A stretch of 62,255 nucleotides of DNA from Opitutus sp. GAS368. Its GTDB lineage: Bacteria > Verrucomicrobiota > Verrucomicrobiia > Opitutales > Opitutaceae. Location of the stretch: contig CAMAPG010000001.1 in assembly GCA_945859965.1 (NCBI GenBank), positions 1 to 62,255 of the forward strand, read 5' to 3'. Position 1 is the first letter of the stretch; the number at the start of each line of letters is the position of its first letter. Below, piece after piece: positions 52,106 to 62,240 of this stretch. The translations under genes were made by a program, and so were the position numbers. The notes beneath the pieces were generated by a model. It saw nothing but the letters and a program-made list of their open reading frames with translations, did not search any database and was not told the origin of the DNA.

Positions 52106-52590
52106 CGGTTTGGTTGTTCAGGGCATCCGACCGGAGTTGCGGCGCGATTATTCAACGCGGACATGGCCGGGAAAAAATCGTTGGATCCCAGCAGCTCGAC
52201 TCCCAGGAATTTACTTTCGCGCCCGCCGCACCGGAAACGGTCAGAACCGCGACGGGCGTCGAGAAAGGGGGATTCCGATGGGGGAGACTCGTTTGTGGTG
52301 AGATTCATCCGTTGCGGTGACGGTGGCGAGTGTGGACCTCCGTTCCGCATTGCCAAGCTGTTTTCGGCAGCGGTTTTGAAGGGAGCAGGAAACTTCAGGC
52401 TGTAGGTGAGGGCACAGGCGTGGCACCAATCGCTTCACTCGCCATCAAGGACCAGGATGGAGCCGTCTTCGCGGGAATCTCGACCGGTTGGCCTGAGGCG
52501 TGGCGTTGGTCATCCTCGCGAAGGTGCTGGGGATGCAGGGCTGGTAGCGGTGCTCGACTAAATGGGGCGCGCCGTTACAAAGCGCGCGAC

Positions 52591-53280
52591 ATGCTTTCTG
52601 TCGTCATCCCGCTTTTTAACGAGGAGGAAAATATCGCGCCTTTGCAGGAGGAACTCGCCGCCGCGCTTGCGGGCAGGGATTACGAACTGGTGCTCGTGGA
52701 TGATTGCTCGACGGACAAGACGCTGGAGCGCATCAAGCGCGGGCCGGGGGTGAGGGTGATCGCGTTTGAGAAAAATACAGGGCAGAGCGCGGCGATGTAT
52801 GCCGGGATCAACGCGGCGAAGGGCGACACAATCGTGCTGCTCGATGGCGACCGGCAGAATGATCCCGCGGACATTCCGCGGATGCTTGCGAAGCTGGACG
52901 AAGGTTTCGATCTTGTGTGCGGCTGGCGCGTGAAGCGGCAGGATAATTTCTCGAAGCGCATCAGCAGCAGGATCGCGAATTTCGTGCGCAGCCGGTTCAC
53001 GAAGGACGGTGTGCATGACACGGGTTGCTCGCTGAAGGTGATGAGGACGCAGTGCCGGGAGGCGCTGTTCCTGTTTCGCGGGATGCACCGGTTCATCCCT
53101 GCGCTGGTGAAAGGGCTGGGCTATCGCGTGACGGAGATGCCGACGAATCACCGCCCTCGCGTGGCGGGCGTGAGCAAATACGGATTCGGCAGCCGCGCCT
53201 GGAAGGCAACGTGCGACATGTTCGCGGTGCGCTGGTTCCTGTCGCGGCAATTGCAGGTGCGAGTGCGGCGGGAGGGCTGA
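52591..53280 (+). CDS. family 2 glycosyltransferase (polyprenyl-phosphate sugar transferase type, DPM1/ArnC-like)
   Basis: 229 aa from MLSVVIPLFNEEENI. YELVLVDDCSTD, the LLDGDRQNDP (DxD) block and GMHRFIPALV are typical blocks. The upstream part of the track ORF (52330-52590) is not protein-like. Confidence 0.85.
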   Translation: MLSVVIPLFNEEENIAPLQEELAAALAGRDYELVLVDDCSTDKTLERIKRGPGVRVIAFEKNTGQSAAMYAGINAAKGDTIVLLDGDRQNDPADIPRMLAKLDEGFDLVCGWRVKRQDNFSKRISSRIANFVRSRFTKDGVHDTGCSLKVMRTQCREALFLFRGMHRFIPALVKGLGYRVTEMPTNHRPRVAGVSKYGFGSRAWKATCDMFAVRWFLSRQLQVRVRREG

Positions 53281-53282
53281 TC

Positions 53283-56200
53283 CTACGGGACGACCGTGAC
53301 CTCGATGCGGTAGAAACGCTTTGTGCTGTCATTCGGCAGCGTGCCGGTGACGGTGCCATCGTCGGTCCACATCATCGCTGCACCCGTGCCGGTGGCGGCT
53401 GCGGAACCTGCCTGCCACGAGAGCAGATCGTGGCTGTACATCACGCGATAGCTGCGGCCGATGCTCGTGGGGAATGTCACGGTGGCTGTTCCCGCGGGGC
53501 TATTATATGTCGTGCTGAAAGCGTAGCGATCCGGGATGCCGGGGGTTGTCGCGAAGATGAATTCCCTGAGGTTCGAGTCGCCGTCGCCGTCACTGTCCAG
53601 CGCGGCATCGGCGGCGTTGTGGCGGTTGAGGCCGTTGGCGATTTCGTAATCGTCCGGGATGCCGTCGGAGTCGCTGTCGGCGGCGCCCTGCTTGATGATG
53701 GTGAAGGTGTCCGGGGTGCTGCTGTTTTCGCGGAGAAAGGTGGCATCGAGTCGCGTGCCGTTCACATCGAGGACGAGGGATCCGAGATTATTCAGGGAAA
53801 AGTAGTGTGCAGGGTGGTTGAGGGATGTGCAGGTGACCTGCCCCGCGGAGCCGGCCACGGCATACACTGCGCCGAAATGATCGCGCGGGCCGGTGAGCGG
53901 TTTGATGTAGGCGCCGTTGCCTGCCGGACGCCCATCGCCCGCGTTCTTTTTCATCGCCGGGACGAGTGTCGTGGAGAGGCCGTAGTGGCCGTCGAGCAGG
54001 TAGGATCGCTCATAGCAATGGCTGTGGCCGCTGAGCACGAGATCCACGCCGCCAGCTTCGAGGATGGGCAGGAAGTTCTGCCGCATCTGGATCAGGGAAC
54101 CCAGGCTGTCGGTGGAGCTGTCGGAATCGTGGTCGCGTTTGGAGTACGGCGGGTGATGAAAAAAGCAGATGATCCATGTCGCAGTGGTGCTGGCGAGATC
54201 GGTTCGCAGCCAGGCCGCCATGGAGCCATCCTCGTTGATGCCAGCGGTGGCCGGATTGTCCACCGCGCGGCTGGAAGTCATCGAATCGAGGGCGATGAAG
54301 TGGATATTTCCGTAGTCAAACGAGTAGTAATGCTCGGTTCCTGATGCCACGCCGCCGCACTCCCCGGCCGTGGGCAAGGAGTAGATGTCGAAGTAGGGAT
54401 AAGCCGGGGAATTGATGATGGCACTTTCGGTTTCATGGTTTCCGATGCAGGACCAGAAGGGCGTCCTGCTCAGCATGGTGGGATAGATGTCGAACACGGC
54501 TGCTTGATACTCGCTGTCCGTGCCCGAATTGTAGGCGTTGTCGCCGAGTTGAAGGACGAGGCTCGGCGTGTTCGCCTGTGTCCAGTTGTAGAAGGCATCG
54601 CGCACTGCGCGCTGATCGTCGTTTGCCTTGCCCGCATCGCCCAGTACCCAGATCCGGGTGTTCACCGAAGTCCCGGTCGCTGGTGGTGTCTTGAAAGTGT
54701 AATTCGCACCGCTCGCGAGCGTGTCCGTCGCGGAGCCTGCGCTGTAATAGTAGGTCGTGTTGGGCGTGAGGCCTGTGAGCGTGACGACATGATCGAATGG
54801 CGAGACCGGGATCACACTTTCATCCGCGGTCTGGTTCAAGTCCGCGATGTCTGTCCCGAACCGGACCCGCCCCAGCGTGCTCCGCGTGCTGCGCCAACGG
54901 ACCGTCATCGTCGTTGGTGTGGCCTTTTGCAGATAGGGGCCCCGCGTCAATGTCCCGGAGCCGGGTGCCACCGTGACATCAATCGCCGATGACGTGGCGG
55001 TGCCGTTAGCCACCGCCGTGAGGGTGTGGCTCCCCGCCGCCGCCGCATTCCAAGTGTAACTGTACGGGCTGGTGTTGTCGGTCCCCAGCAAGGCAGGTCC
55101 GTCGTAAAATGACACGCTGCTGATTGTCCCGCTGCCTGTGGCTGCGATGGCGTTGATCGTAAAGTCGCTACCGATCGTTGCCCCATTCGCCGGACTTGTG
55201 ATGCTGACAACCGGACCCGCAAATGGGGTGAAGCTGACGTTGTCAATCGTGTAGTCGCCGTCGGGGCTCGTGCCGTTGTCATCCGCCCATACGAGGTAGA
55301 GGCTTCCCCCGTCCGCCCAATTCAGCGCCGTCAAGTAGATGCTGATGCCTGCCGTGCTTCCGGCAGTGCTGAGCAGGTAGTCCCCCGCGGCTGTCCAACT
55401 GCCCGCCGAGCCCGTCTTGCTCCAGTACACCCGGTGCCCCTTGATCCACTCTGCCGGCGTGACCGACGCCAGGCCGAGCGTGTAAGAAACGGCGAGCGTG
55501 TCCAGAGTCCCGCTTGAGGTATTCCGCAACGGTGCCATCAGCAGCGTCACCTTGTTTCCGTTCGGCTGAGTCCCGAGTTTTTTGTCGCCCGAGCGCCAGT
55601 ATGCATTCGCTGCCGTCCCGCTGCCAGCCTGCGAACTGATTGCCGTGTTGATGTTGCCAGCGGCAATGCCGTTCATGACGGAGTCAATGCCCGCGGCATC
55701 CACCACCTCCGTCGTCCCCCCGGCTACACTCAGCGTCGCCCACTGCCTCGCGGCTGCGAGCGTTTCAAAAGTCAGCGTCCCGCTGCCGGTCGGCCCGACG
55801 GAAATGGGGGACTGCACGGTGACAGTCACTGCCGCGGACGTGACCGATGCAGCGGCGGAATCCCGAGCCACAGCCGAAAGCGTGTGGTTGCCCAGCGTGC
55901 CGGGACTCCAGGAGAACTGGAATGGCGAAGCCGTGTCGCTGCCGAGCAAGATGGCGCCGTCGTAAAAGTCCACCTGGGTGACCGGTCCCTCGGCATCGGT
56001 CGCACTGGCGACGATCAAGGCGGGAAAACCCTGTGTGGCCTGACTCCCATTGGCGGGGCTTGTAATCGAAACTGTCGGAGGAAGGTCGGCAGCGGTGACA
56101 TTGATGATCGCCGATGTGGTCGTGTTCGCGTTGTTGTCGGTCGCCACCGCAGTCAATTGATGAGGCCCTGCCACGGCTCCGGGCCTGATAAAGCTGTAGG

Positions 56201-57203
56201 GACTCGTCACATCCTCACCCAGAAGGATTCCGTCCTCGAAAAATCGCACCTTGCTCACCGAACCCTCGTCCACTGCAACCGCGGTGATGGTGTAATTCGC
56301 GATACTCACCATCGCACTGGCGGCAGGGCTTGAGATGTAAATCTCCGGCGGGCCCGGTATCGCCGGCGCAAACGCCGCGATGGACTGGGCCTTCCGGCTT
56401 GTGCCCGTGGTGGTCCATGTGTCCGTGGTCAATCCGGCGACAGCCACCTCGCGAGTGGCGCACGCTGCCATCATATTCACGCTTCCTCCTTGCTCCCACC
56501 GCTCCACCATGCCGCTTGCTGTTGGGGTGAAAGTAACGGCGCCATCTCCATTATTGACGACATCCACCAGCCACGCGCCGTTGGTCAGCGTCGTAATCCC
56601 CAGGGAATACGTCCCGCCAGAACCGGCGGCATCGGCAATCGCCACCGCCTCGGGGGCGGATTGGGCGACACCGAACAGCGACACGGATCCGCACGCGGCC
56701 CCGCTCCCACTGCTGACAGCCGGGCTGAGCGTCACGGTGATCATTCCTGCCCCCACTCTGGGCGCGGCCAGGAACCACAACTCGGTGGTGTTGAATGGTG
56801 TTCCTTGCACGGCACGGCTGCCCGTCACCTTCGTGAACACCTGCGTACCGAAGGTTACGCCGGTTGCGGCTGAATCCGTGGTGCTTTCCGTCGTAACGCC
56901 CACCACCAGCATGCGATTGGCGCCAAGTCCCACCGTGTGCGACCATGCAACACTCGTAACCCCGGCCCCGCCCGTCACACCGCCCGATGCCGCCGCGTCA
57001 AACGTGATCGCCGCCGGGGACGTGAAGGCGCCGAACGCAAGTATCGTTGCGAGGAGAGGCAGCAAACGCAGTGGCGCGATCAAACCTCCAATGCCGGGGA
57101 GATGGCGCATCCAGCGGATGGTTCCGGCGGCGATGTGCTGGATGCTCGTTCTCATGATGGCGTGCTGAAATTCGGCATGGATTCTATTCGCGGGGCGGGG
57201 CAT
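53283..57203 (-). CDS. multidomain secreted purple-acid-phosphatase-like metallophosphoesterase, copy A (jelly-roll-like N-domain, Ig-like domains, PAP N-domain + catalytic domain, Asp-rich TSP3-like repeats, C-terminal beta domain)
   Basis: 1306 aa. The PAP region (~53733-54953) has RGPYLQ...MTVRW...TYYY, then VLGDAG, LGDNAY, GNHE, FFHHPPY and SGHSHCYER. Three Ig-like repeats are of the type VSFYDG..LLG.D...PY...W......G.H.LTAVA. The Asp-rich stretch is DSDSDGIPDDYE...DSDGDGDSN. Alternative starts are M17 (57155) or M32 (57110), just before the signal peptide. Confidence 0.85.
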   Translation of the reverse strand: MPRPANRIHAEFQHAIMRTSIQHIAAGTIRWMRHLPGIGGLIAPLRLLPLLATILAFGAFTSPAAITFDAAASGGVTGGAGVTSVAWSHTVGLGANRMLVVGVTTESTTDSAATGVTFGTQVFTKVTGSRAVQGTPFNTTELWFLAAPRVGAGMITVTLSPAVSSGSGAACGSVSLFGVAQSAPEAVAIADAAGSGGTYSLGITTLTNGAWLVDVVNNGDGAVTFTPTASGMVERWEQGGSVNMMAACATREVAVAGLTTDTWTTTGTSRKAQSIAAFAPAIPGPPEIYISSPAASAMVSIANYTITAVAVDEGSVSKVRFFEDGILLGEDVTSPYSFIRPGAVAGPHQLTAVATDNNANTTTSAIINVTAADLPPTVSITSPANGSQATQGFPALIVASATDAEGPVTQVDFYDGAILLGSDTASPFQFSWSPGTLGNHTLSAVARDSAAASVTSAAVTVTVQSPISVGPTGSGTLTFETLAAARQWATLSVAGGTTEVVDAAGIDSVMNGIAAGNINTAISSQAGSGTAANAYWRSGDKKLGTQPNGNKVTLLMAPLRNTSSGTLDTLAVSYTLGLASVTPAEWIKGHRVYWSKTGSAGSWTAAGDYLLSTAGSTAGISIYLTALNWADGGSLYLVWADDNGTSPDGDYTIDNVSFTPFAGPVVSITSPANGATIGSDFTINAIAATGSGTISSVSFYDGPALLGTDNTSPYSYTWNAAAAGSHTLTAVANGTATSSAIDVTVAPGSGTLTRGPYLQKATPTTMTVRWRSTRSTLGRVRFGTDIADLNQTADESVIPVSPFDHVVTLTGLTPNTTYYYSAGSATDTLASGANYTFKTPPATGTSVNTRIWVLGDAGKANDDQRAVRDAFYNWTQANTPSLVLQLGDNAYNSGTDSEYQAAVFDIYPTMLSRTPFWSCIGNHETESAIINSPAYPYFDIYSLPTAGECGGVASGTEHYYSFDYGNIHFIALDSMTSSRAVDNPATAGINEDGSMAAWLRTDLASTTATWIICFFHHPPYSKRDHDSDSSTDSLGSLIQMRQNFLPILEAGGVDLVLSGHSHCYERSYLLDGHYGLSTTLVPAMKKNAGDGRPAGNGAYIKPLTGPRDHFGAVYAVAGSAGQVTCTSLNHPAHYFSLNNLGSLVLDVNGTRLDATFLRENSSTPDTFTIIKQGAADSDSDGIPDDYEIANGLNRHNAADAALDSDGDGDSNLREFIFATTPGIPDRYAFSTTYNSPAGTATVTFPTSIGRSYRVMYSHDLLSWQAGSAAATGTGAAMMWTDDGTVTGTLPNDSTKRFYRIEVTVVP

Positions 57204-58158
57204 TCGGGATGGGAGCGGCCTGCGTGGTCAGCTCGGATTTGAGTGTGCCATTTGCACTGTCGAGGGCGGCGAGTGCGCGCCGCGAGTCCTCCATGATTTT
57301 GATCATCGCGTGCGAACCGCGCGCGGGGAAGGGGAGGGCGTTCAAGTGATCGAGGAGCGCCTGCCACGCGGCGCGCGAATCCGCGATCCGGCCCGCTTGC
57401 GCGAGGACGGATGCCCGGCGGGCCATCCACGGCTCCGGGCGCGGCGCGGACTTCTGCATGACTTCCACCCGGCGCAGCGCGGCGTCGTAGTCCTTGCCTG
57501 CGATCTCCAACTCCACGAGACGCAGGACGAGGGAAGGCAAGTGTCCCAATTTCTCAATGCCCATCTCCAGCACCTGCACGGCTTGCTTTGCAGAGCCCTC
57601 CGCAGCCAGGGCCCCGGCTGTCTCGCAGAGAAGATCGGGCTCCAGCGTGGGCGCGCGTCCCAGCGCCTCGCGGAACCCTGCTGCCGCATCGGCAGCGCGG
57701 TTCAATTTCGACAAGGCCCGGGCGCGATAGAGGCTTGCCTGGAAGTGTTCAGGCTGGCGGCTGAGAAACCGCTCCAGCACCGGCAGTGCAGCCTTTGCAT
57801 TTCCGGATTCCAGCAGGATGCGCCCATGCAAAAAGTCGGTGTCAATGGACGGATCCAGTTGCTTCGCCCTGTCGCAATCCGAGAGCGCAGCCGGCCAGTC
57901 GGCGTGCTGGCGGCAGAGTTCGGCACGTTGCAGGTGCAGGCCCGCGTTGTGGGGCTGCGCTGCGATTTGCAGGGTGATCCCGGCGATCCGCTCATGCAGA
58001 TCCCCGTGCCCAAAGGCCCACCCGCCCGCAAACAACCATGCTGCAAGGCAGGTCTGGCGTATGGAAATGCGGATGGTTTTCACAGGTGAAGCTGCACAGG
58101 TTGACATGCCCGGGATCAGCACGAGGGCTGCGTTGATCGCCGGCGGTCGTAATACCAA
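57184..58158 (-). CDS. TPR-repeat protein
   Basis: 324 aa (start possibly at M18, 58107). It has a signal-like CLAAWLFAGGWAFG segment, then about 6-7 TPR-like helical pairs (e.g. AGLHLQRAELCRQHADWPAALSDCDRAKQLDP). Its stop overlaps the longest reading of the downstream PAP-like gene by 20 nt. Confidence 0.75.
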   Translation of the reverse strand: MVLRPPAINAALVLIPGMSTCAASPVKTIRISIRQTCLAAWLFAGGWAFGHGDLHERIAGITLQIAAQPHNAGLHLQRAELCRQHADWPAALSDCDRAKQLDPSIDTDFLHGRILLESGNAKAALPVLERFLSRQPEHFQASLYRARALSKLNRAADAAAGFREALGRAPTLEPDLLCETAGALAAEGSAKQAVQVLEMGIEKLGHLPSLVLRLVELEIAGKDYDAALRRVEVMQKSAPRPEPWMARRASVLAQAGRIADSRAAWQALLDHLNALPFPARGSHAMIKIMEDSRRALAALDSANGTLKSELTTQAAPIPNAPPRE

Positions 58159-58292
58159 GCAGGCCCACGACTAAGGCTGATATTCCATCAAGCGCAAGGC
58201 CCCAAATCACAATGGCCGTCCCGCATTCCGGTGTTCGTGCTGGCATCGCGCTTCTGCGCCTGCTGGTCCCGCGCGTGGCGGGAGGGCTGATC

Positions 58293-61200
58293 CTACGGGA
58301 TGACCGTGACTTCGATGCGGTAGAAACGCTTCGTACTCCCCGTCAGCAGAGAGCCGGTGACGGTGCCGTCGTCGGTCCACATCATCGCTGCACCGGTGCC
58401 GGCGACGGCTGTGGAACCTGCCTGCCACGAGAGCAAATCGTGGCTGTACATCACGCGATAGCTGCGGCCGATGCTCGTGGGGAATGTCACGGTGGCTGTT
58501 CCCGCGGCGTTATTATATGTCGTGCTGAAAGCGTAGCGGTCCGGGATGCCGGGGGTTGTCGCGAAGATGAATTCCCTGAGATTGGACTCGCCGTCAAAAT
58601 CGCTGTCGAGCGCGGCATCGGCGGCGTTGAGGCGGTTGAGGCCGTTGGCGATTTCGTAATCGTCCGGGATGCCGTCGGAGTCGCTGTCGGAGTCGCCCTG
58701 CTTGATGATGGTGAAGGTGTCCGGGGTGGCTCCGGTGCTCCTCACGAACGTGGCATCGAGCCGCGTGCCGTTCACATCGAGGACGAGGGATCCGAGGTTA
58801 TTCAGGGAAATGTAGTGTGCGGGGTGGTTGAGGGTTCCACCGGTGGCGTGTCCCGCGGAGCCGGCCACGGCATACACCGCACCGAAATGATCACGCGGGC
58901 CGGTGAGCGGTTTGATGTAGGCGCCGTTGCCTGCCGGTCGCCCATCGCCCGCGTTCTTTTTCATCGCCGGGACGAGTGTCGTGGAGAGGCCGTAGTGGCC
59001 GTCGAGCAGAAAGGAGCGCTCGTAGCAATGGCTGTGGCCGTTGAGCACGAGATCCACGCCGCCCGCCTCGAGGATGGGCAGGAAGTTCTGCCGCATCTGG
59101 ACCATGGCACCCGCGCTGTCGGTGGAACTGTCGGAATTGTGCGAGCCTTTGGTGTACGGCGGGTGATGGAAAAAGCAGATGATCCATGTCGCGGTGGTGC
59201 TGGCGAGATCGGTCCGCAGCCATGCGGCCATAGCGCCATCCTCATTGGTGCCAGCAGTGGCCGGATTGTCCACCGCGCGGCTGGAGGTCATCGAATCGAG
59301 GGCGATGAAGTGGATATTTCCGTGGTCGAACGAGTAGTAATGCTCGGTCCCTGATGCCACGCCGCCGCTCTCCCCGGCCGTGGGCAAGGAGTAGATGTCG
59401 AAGTAGGGATAGGCCGGGGCATTGATGACGGCCTGATCGGTTTCATGGTTTCCGAGGCAGGACCAGAAGGGCGTTTTTCTCAACATCGTCGGGTACTCAT
59501 CGAATACTGCCACTTGGTATTCGCTGTCAGTGCCCGAATCGTAGGCGTTGTCGCCGAGTTGGAGGACGAGATTGGGTGTGCGTGCTCCGGTCCATGTGTA
59601 GAAAGCATCGCGCACAGCGTCCTGGTTTGCATCGCCTTTCCTGCCTGCATCGCCCAGCACCCAGATCCGCGTGTTCAACACGGCCCCGGGCACTGGCGGG
59701 GTTGTGAAGGTGTAGTCTGCGCCGCTTGCGAGCGTGTCGGCTGCGGACCCGATGCTGTAAAAGTAGGTCGTGTTGGGCGTGAGGCCGGTGAGGGTGACGA
59801 CATGATCGAATGGCGAGACAGGGATCACACTTTCATCCACGGTCTGGTTCAAGTCCGCGATGTCTGTTCCGAACCGAACCCGCCCCAGCGTGCTCAGCGT
59901 GCTGCGCCAACGGATCGTCATCGTCGTCGGCGCGGCCTTTTGCAGATAGGGGCCCCGCGTCAATGTCCCGGAGCCGGATGCCACCGTGACATCAATCGCC
60001 GATGACGTGGCGGTGGCGTTGTTGCTGTCCGTAGCCACCGCCGTGAGGGTGTGGCTGCCCGCAGACGCCGCATTCCAAGTGTAGCTGTACGGGCTGGTAT
60101 TGTCGGTCCCGAGCAAATCAACTCCGTCGTAAAATGACACGCTGCTGATTGTCCCGCCGCCCGACGCTGCGATGGCGTTGATCGTGAAGTCGGTGCCGAT
60201 GGTTGCCGCATTCGCCGGACTTGTGATGCTGACGACCGGGCCCGCAAAGGGGGTGAAGCTGATGTCGTCAATCGTGTAGTCGCCGTCGGGACTCAGGCCG
60301 TTGTCATCCGCCCATACGACGTAGAGGCTTCCCCCGTCCGCCCAATTCAACGCCGTCAAATAGATGCTGATGCTTGCCGTGCTTCCGGCAGTGCTGAGCA
60401 GGTAGTCCCCCACGGTCGTCCAACTGCCAGCCTCGCCCGTCTTGCTCCAGTACACCCGGTGCCCCTTGATCCACTCAGCCGGCGTGACCGACGCCAGGCC
60501 GAGCGTGTAGGAAACGGCGAGGGTGTCCAGATTGCCTCCTGAGGCATTTTGCAACGGAGCCATCAGCAGCGTCACCTTGTTCCCGGTCGGCTGAGTCCCG
60601 ATTTTCTTATCCCCGGAGCGCCAGTAGGCGTTTCCCGAGGTCCCGCTGCCAGTTTTCGAGCCGAGCACCCGGTTGATGTTGCCAGCGGAAATGCCGGTCA
60701 TCACGGAGTCAATGCCCACAGCATCCACCACATCCGTCGAATCTCCGGCGACACTCAGCGTGGACCATTGATTCGCGGCCGACAGCGTTTCAAGAGTCAG
60801 CGTCCCGCTGCCAGTCGGCCCGACGGCAATGGGGGACTGCACGGTGACAGTCACTGCCGCGGACGTGACCGATGCACCGGCGGAATCCCAAGCCACAGCC
60901 GCCAGCGTGTGGTCGCCCAGCGTCCCCGGAATCCAGGAGAACTGAAATGGCGAATCTGTATCGCTGCCGAGCAAGATGGCACCGTCGTAAAAGTCCACAC
61001 GGGTGACCGGCCCCTCGGCATCGGTCGCACTGGCGACGATCAAGGCGGGAAAACCCAGTGCGGTCTGGCTCCCACTGGCGTGGCTTGTAATCGAAACTGT
61101 CGGCGGAAGGTCGGCAGCAGTGATTTCGACAGTCGCCGATGTGCTCGTGTTCGCGTTGTTGTCCGTCGCCACCGCAGTCAATTGATGAGGCCCTGGCGCG

Positions 61201-62240
61201 GCTCCGAACCTGATAAAGCTGTAGGGACTCGTCACATCCTCTCCCAGGAGGATCCCGTCCTCGAAAAATTCCACCTTGCTTACCGAACCTTCGTCCACTG
61301 CAACCGCGGTGATGGTGTAATTCGCGATACTCACCATCGCACTGGCGGCAGGGCTTGAGATGTAAATCTCCGGCGGGCCCGGGGTCGCCGGCGCGAACAC
61401 CGCGATGGACTGGGCCTTCCGGCTTGTGCCCGTGGTGGTCCATGTGTCCGTGGCCAGTCCGGCGACAGCCACCTCACGAGTGGCGCACGCTGCCATCATA
61501 TTCCCGCCGCCGCCTTGCTCCCACCGCTCCACCATGTCGGTTGCTGTCGGGGTGAACGTGGTAGAAGTAGTGCTTCCGGTTCCATTGTTGACGACATCCA
61601 CCAGCCACGCGCCGGCGGTCAGGGTCGTGATCCCCAACGAATACGTCCCGCCAGAACCTGCGGCATTGGCAATCGCCACCGCCTCGGGGGCGGATTGGGC
61701 GACACCGAACAGCGATACAGATCCGCACGCGGCCCCGTTCCCACTGCTGACAGCCGGGCTGAGCGTCACGGTGATTGTTCCAGCCCCCACACTGGGCGCA
61801 GCCAGGAACCACAGTTCGGTGGCATTGAAGGAAGTTGTTCCTTCAACCGCGCGGCTGCCCGTCACCTTCGTGAACGCCTGCGTGCCGAACGTCACGCCGG
61901 TTGCGAACGAATCCGTGGTGCTTTCCGTCGTAACGCCCACCACCAGCATGCGATTGGCGCCAAGTCCCACCGTGTGCTGCCATGCAACACTCGCAACCCC
62001 GGTCCCGCCCGCCACGCCGCCCGATGCCGCCGCGTCAAACATGATCGCCGCCGGGGACGTGAAGGCGCCGAATGCGAACATCGTTGCGAGGAGAGGCAGC
62101 AGACGCAGTGGCGCGATCAAACCTCCAATGCCGGGGAGAAGGCGCATCCAGTGGATGGTTCCGGCGGCGATGTGCTGGATGCTCGTTCTCATGATGGCGT
62201 GCTGAAATTCGGCATGGATTCTATTCGCGGGGCGGGGCAT
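58293..62240 (-). CDS. multidomain secreted purple-acid-phosphatase-like metallophosphoesterase, copy B (paralogue of 53283-57203)
   Basis: 1315 aa, collinear with copy A over the full length and carrying the same catalytic motifs (VLGDAG, LGDNAY, GNHE, FFHHPPY, NGHSHCYER). It differs by scattered substitutions and small indels. Confidence 0.85.
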   Translation of the reverse strand: MPRPANRIHAEFQHAIMRTSIQHIAAGTIHWMRLLPGIGGLIAPLRLLPLLATMFAFGAFTSPAAIMFDAAASGGVAGGTGVASVAWQHTVGLGANRMLVVGVTTESTTDSFATGVTFGTQAFTKVTGSRAVEGTTSFNATELWFLAAPSVGAGTITVTLSPAVSSGNGAACGSVSLFGVAQSAPEAVAIANAAGSGGTYSLGITTLTAGAWLVDVVNNGTGSTTSTTFTPTATDMVERWEQGGGGNMMAACATREVAVAGLATDTWTTTGTSRKAQSIAVFAPATPGPPEIYISSPAASAMVSIANYTITAVAVDEGSVSKVEFFEDGILLGEDVTSPYSFIRFGAAPGPHQLTAVATDNNANTSTSATVEITAADLPPTVSITSHASGSQTALGFPALIVASATDAEGPVTRVDFYDGAILLGSDTDSPFQFSWIPGTLGDHTLAAVAWDSAGASVTSAAVTVTVQSPIAVGPTGSGTLTLETLSAANQWSTLSVAGDSTDVVDAVGIDSVMTGISAGNINRVLGSKTGSGTSGNAYWRSGDKKIGTQPTGNKVTLLMAPLQNASGGNLDTLAVSYTLGLASVTPAEWIKGHRVYWSKTGEAGSWTTVGDYLLSTAGSTASISIYLTALNWADGGSLYVVWADDNGLSPDGDYTIDDISFTPFAGPVVSITSPANAATIGTDFTINAIAASGGGTISSVSFYDGVDLLGTDNTSPYSYTWNAASAGSHTLTAVATDSNNATATSSAIDVTVASGSGTLTRGPYLQKAAPTTMTIRWRSTLSTLGRVRFGTDIADLNQTVDESVIPVSPFDHVVTLTGLTPNTTYFYSIGSAADTLASGADYTFTTPPVPGAVLNTRIWVLGDAGRKGDANQDAVRDAFYTWTGARTPNLVLQLGDNAYDSGTDSEYQVAVFDEYPTMLRKTPFWSCLGNHETDQAVINAPAYPYFDIYSLPTAGESGGVASGTEHYYSFDHGNIHFIALDSMTSSRAVDNPATAGTNEDGAMAAWLRTDLASTTATWIICFFHHPPYTKGSHNSDSSTDSAGAMVQMRQNFLPILEAGGVDLVLNGHSHCYERSFLLDGHYGLSTTLVPAMKKNAGDGRPAGNGAYIKPLTGPRDHFGAVYAVAGSAGHATGGTLNHPAHYISLNNLGSLVLDVNGTRLDATFVRSTGATPDTFTIIKQGDSDSDSDGIPDDYEIANGLNRLNAADAALDSDFDGESNLREFIFATTPGIPDRYAFSTTYNNAAGTATVTFPTSIGRSYRVMYSHDLLSWQAGSTAVAGTGAAMMWTDDGTVTGSLLTGSTKRFYRIEVTVIP

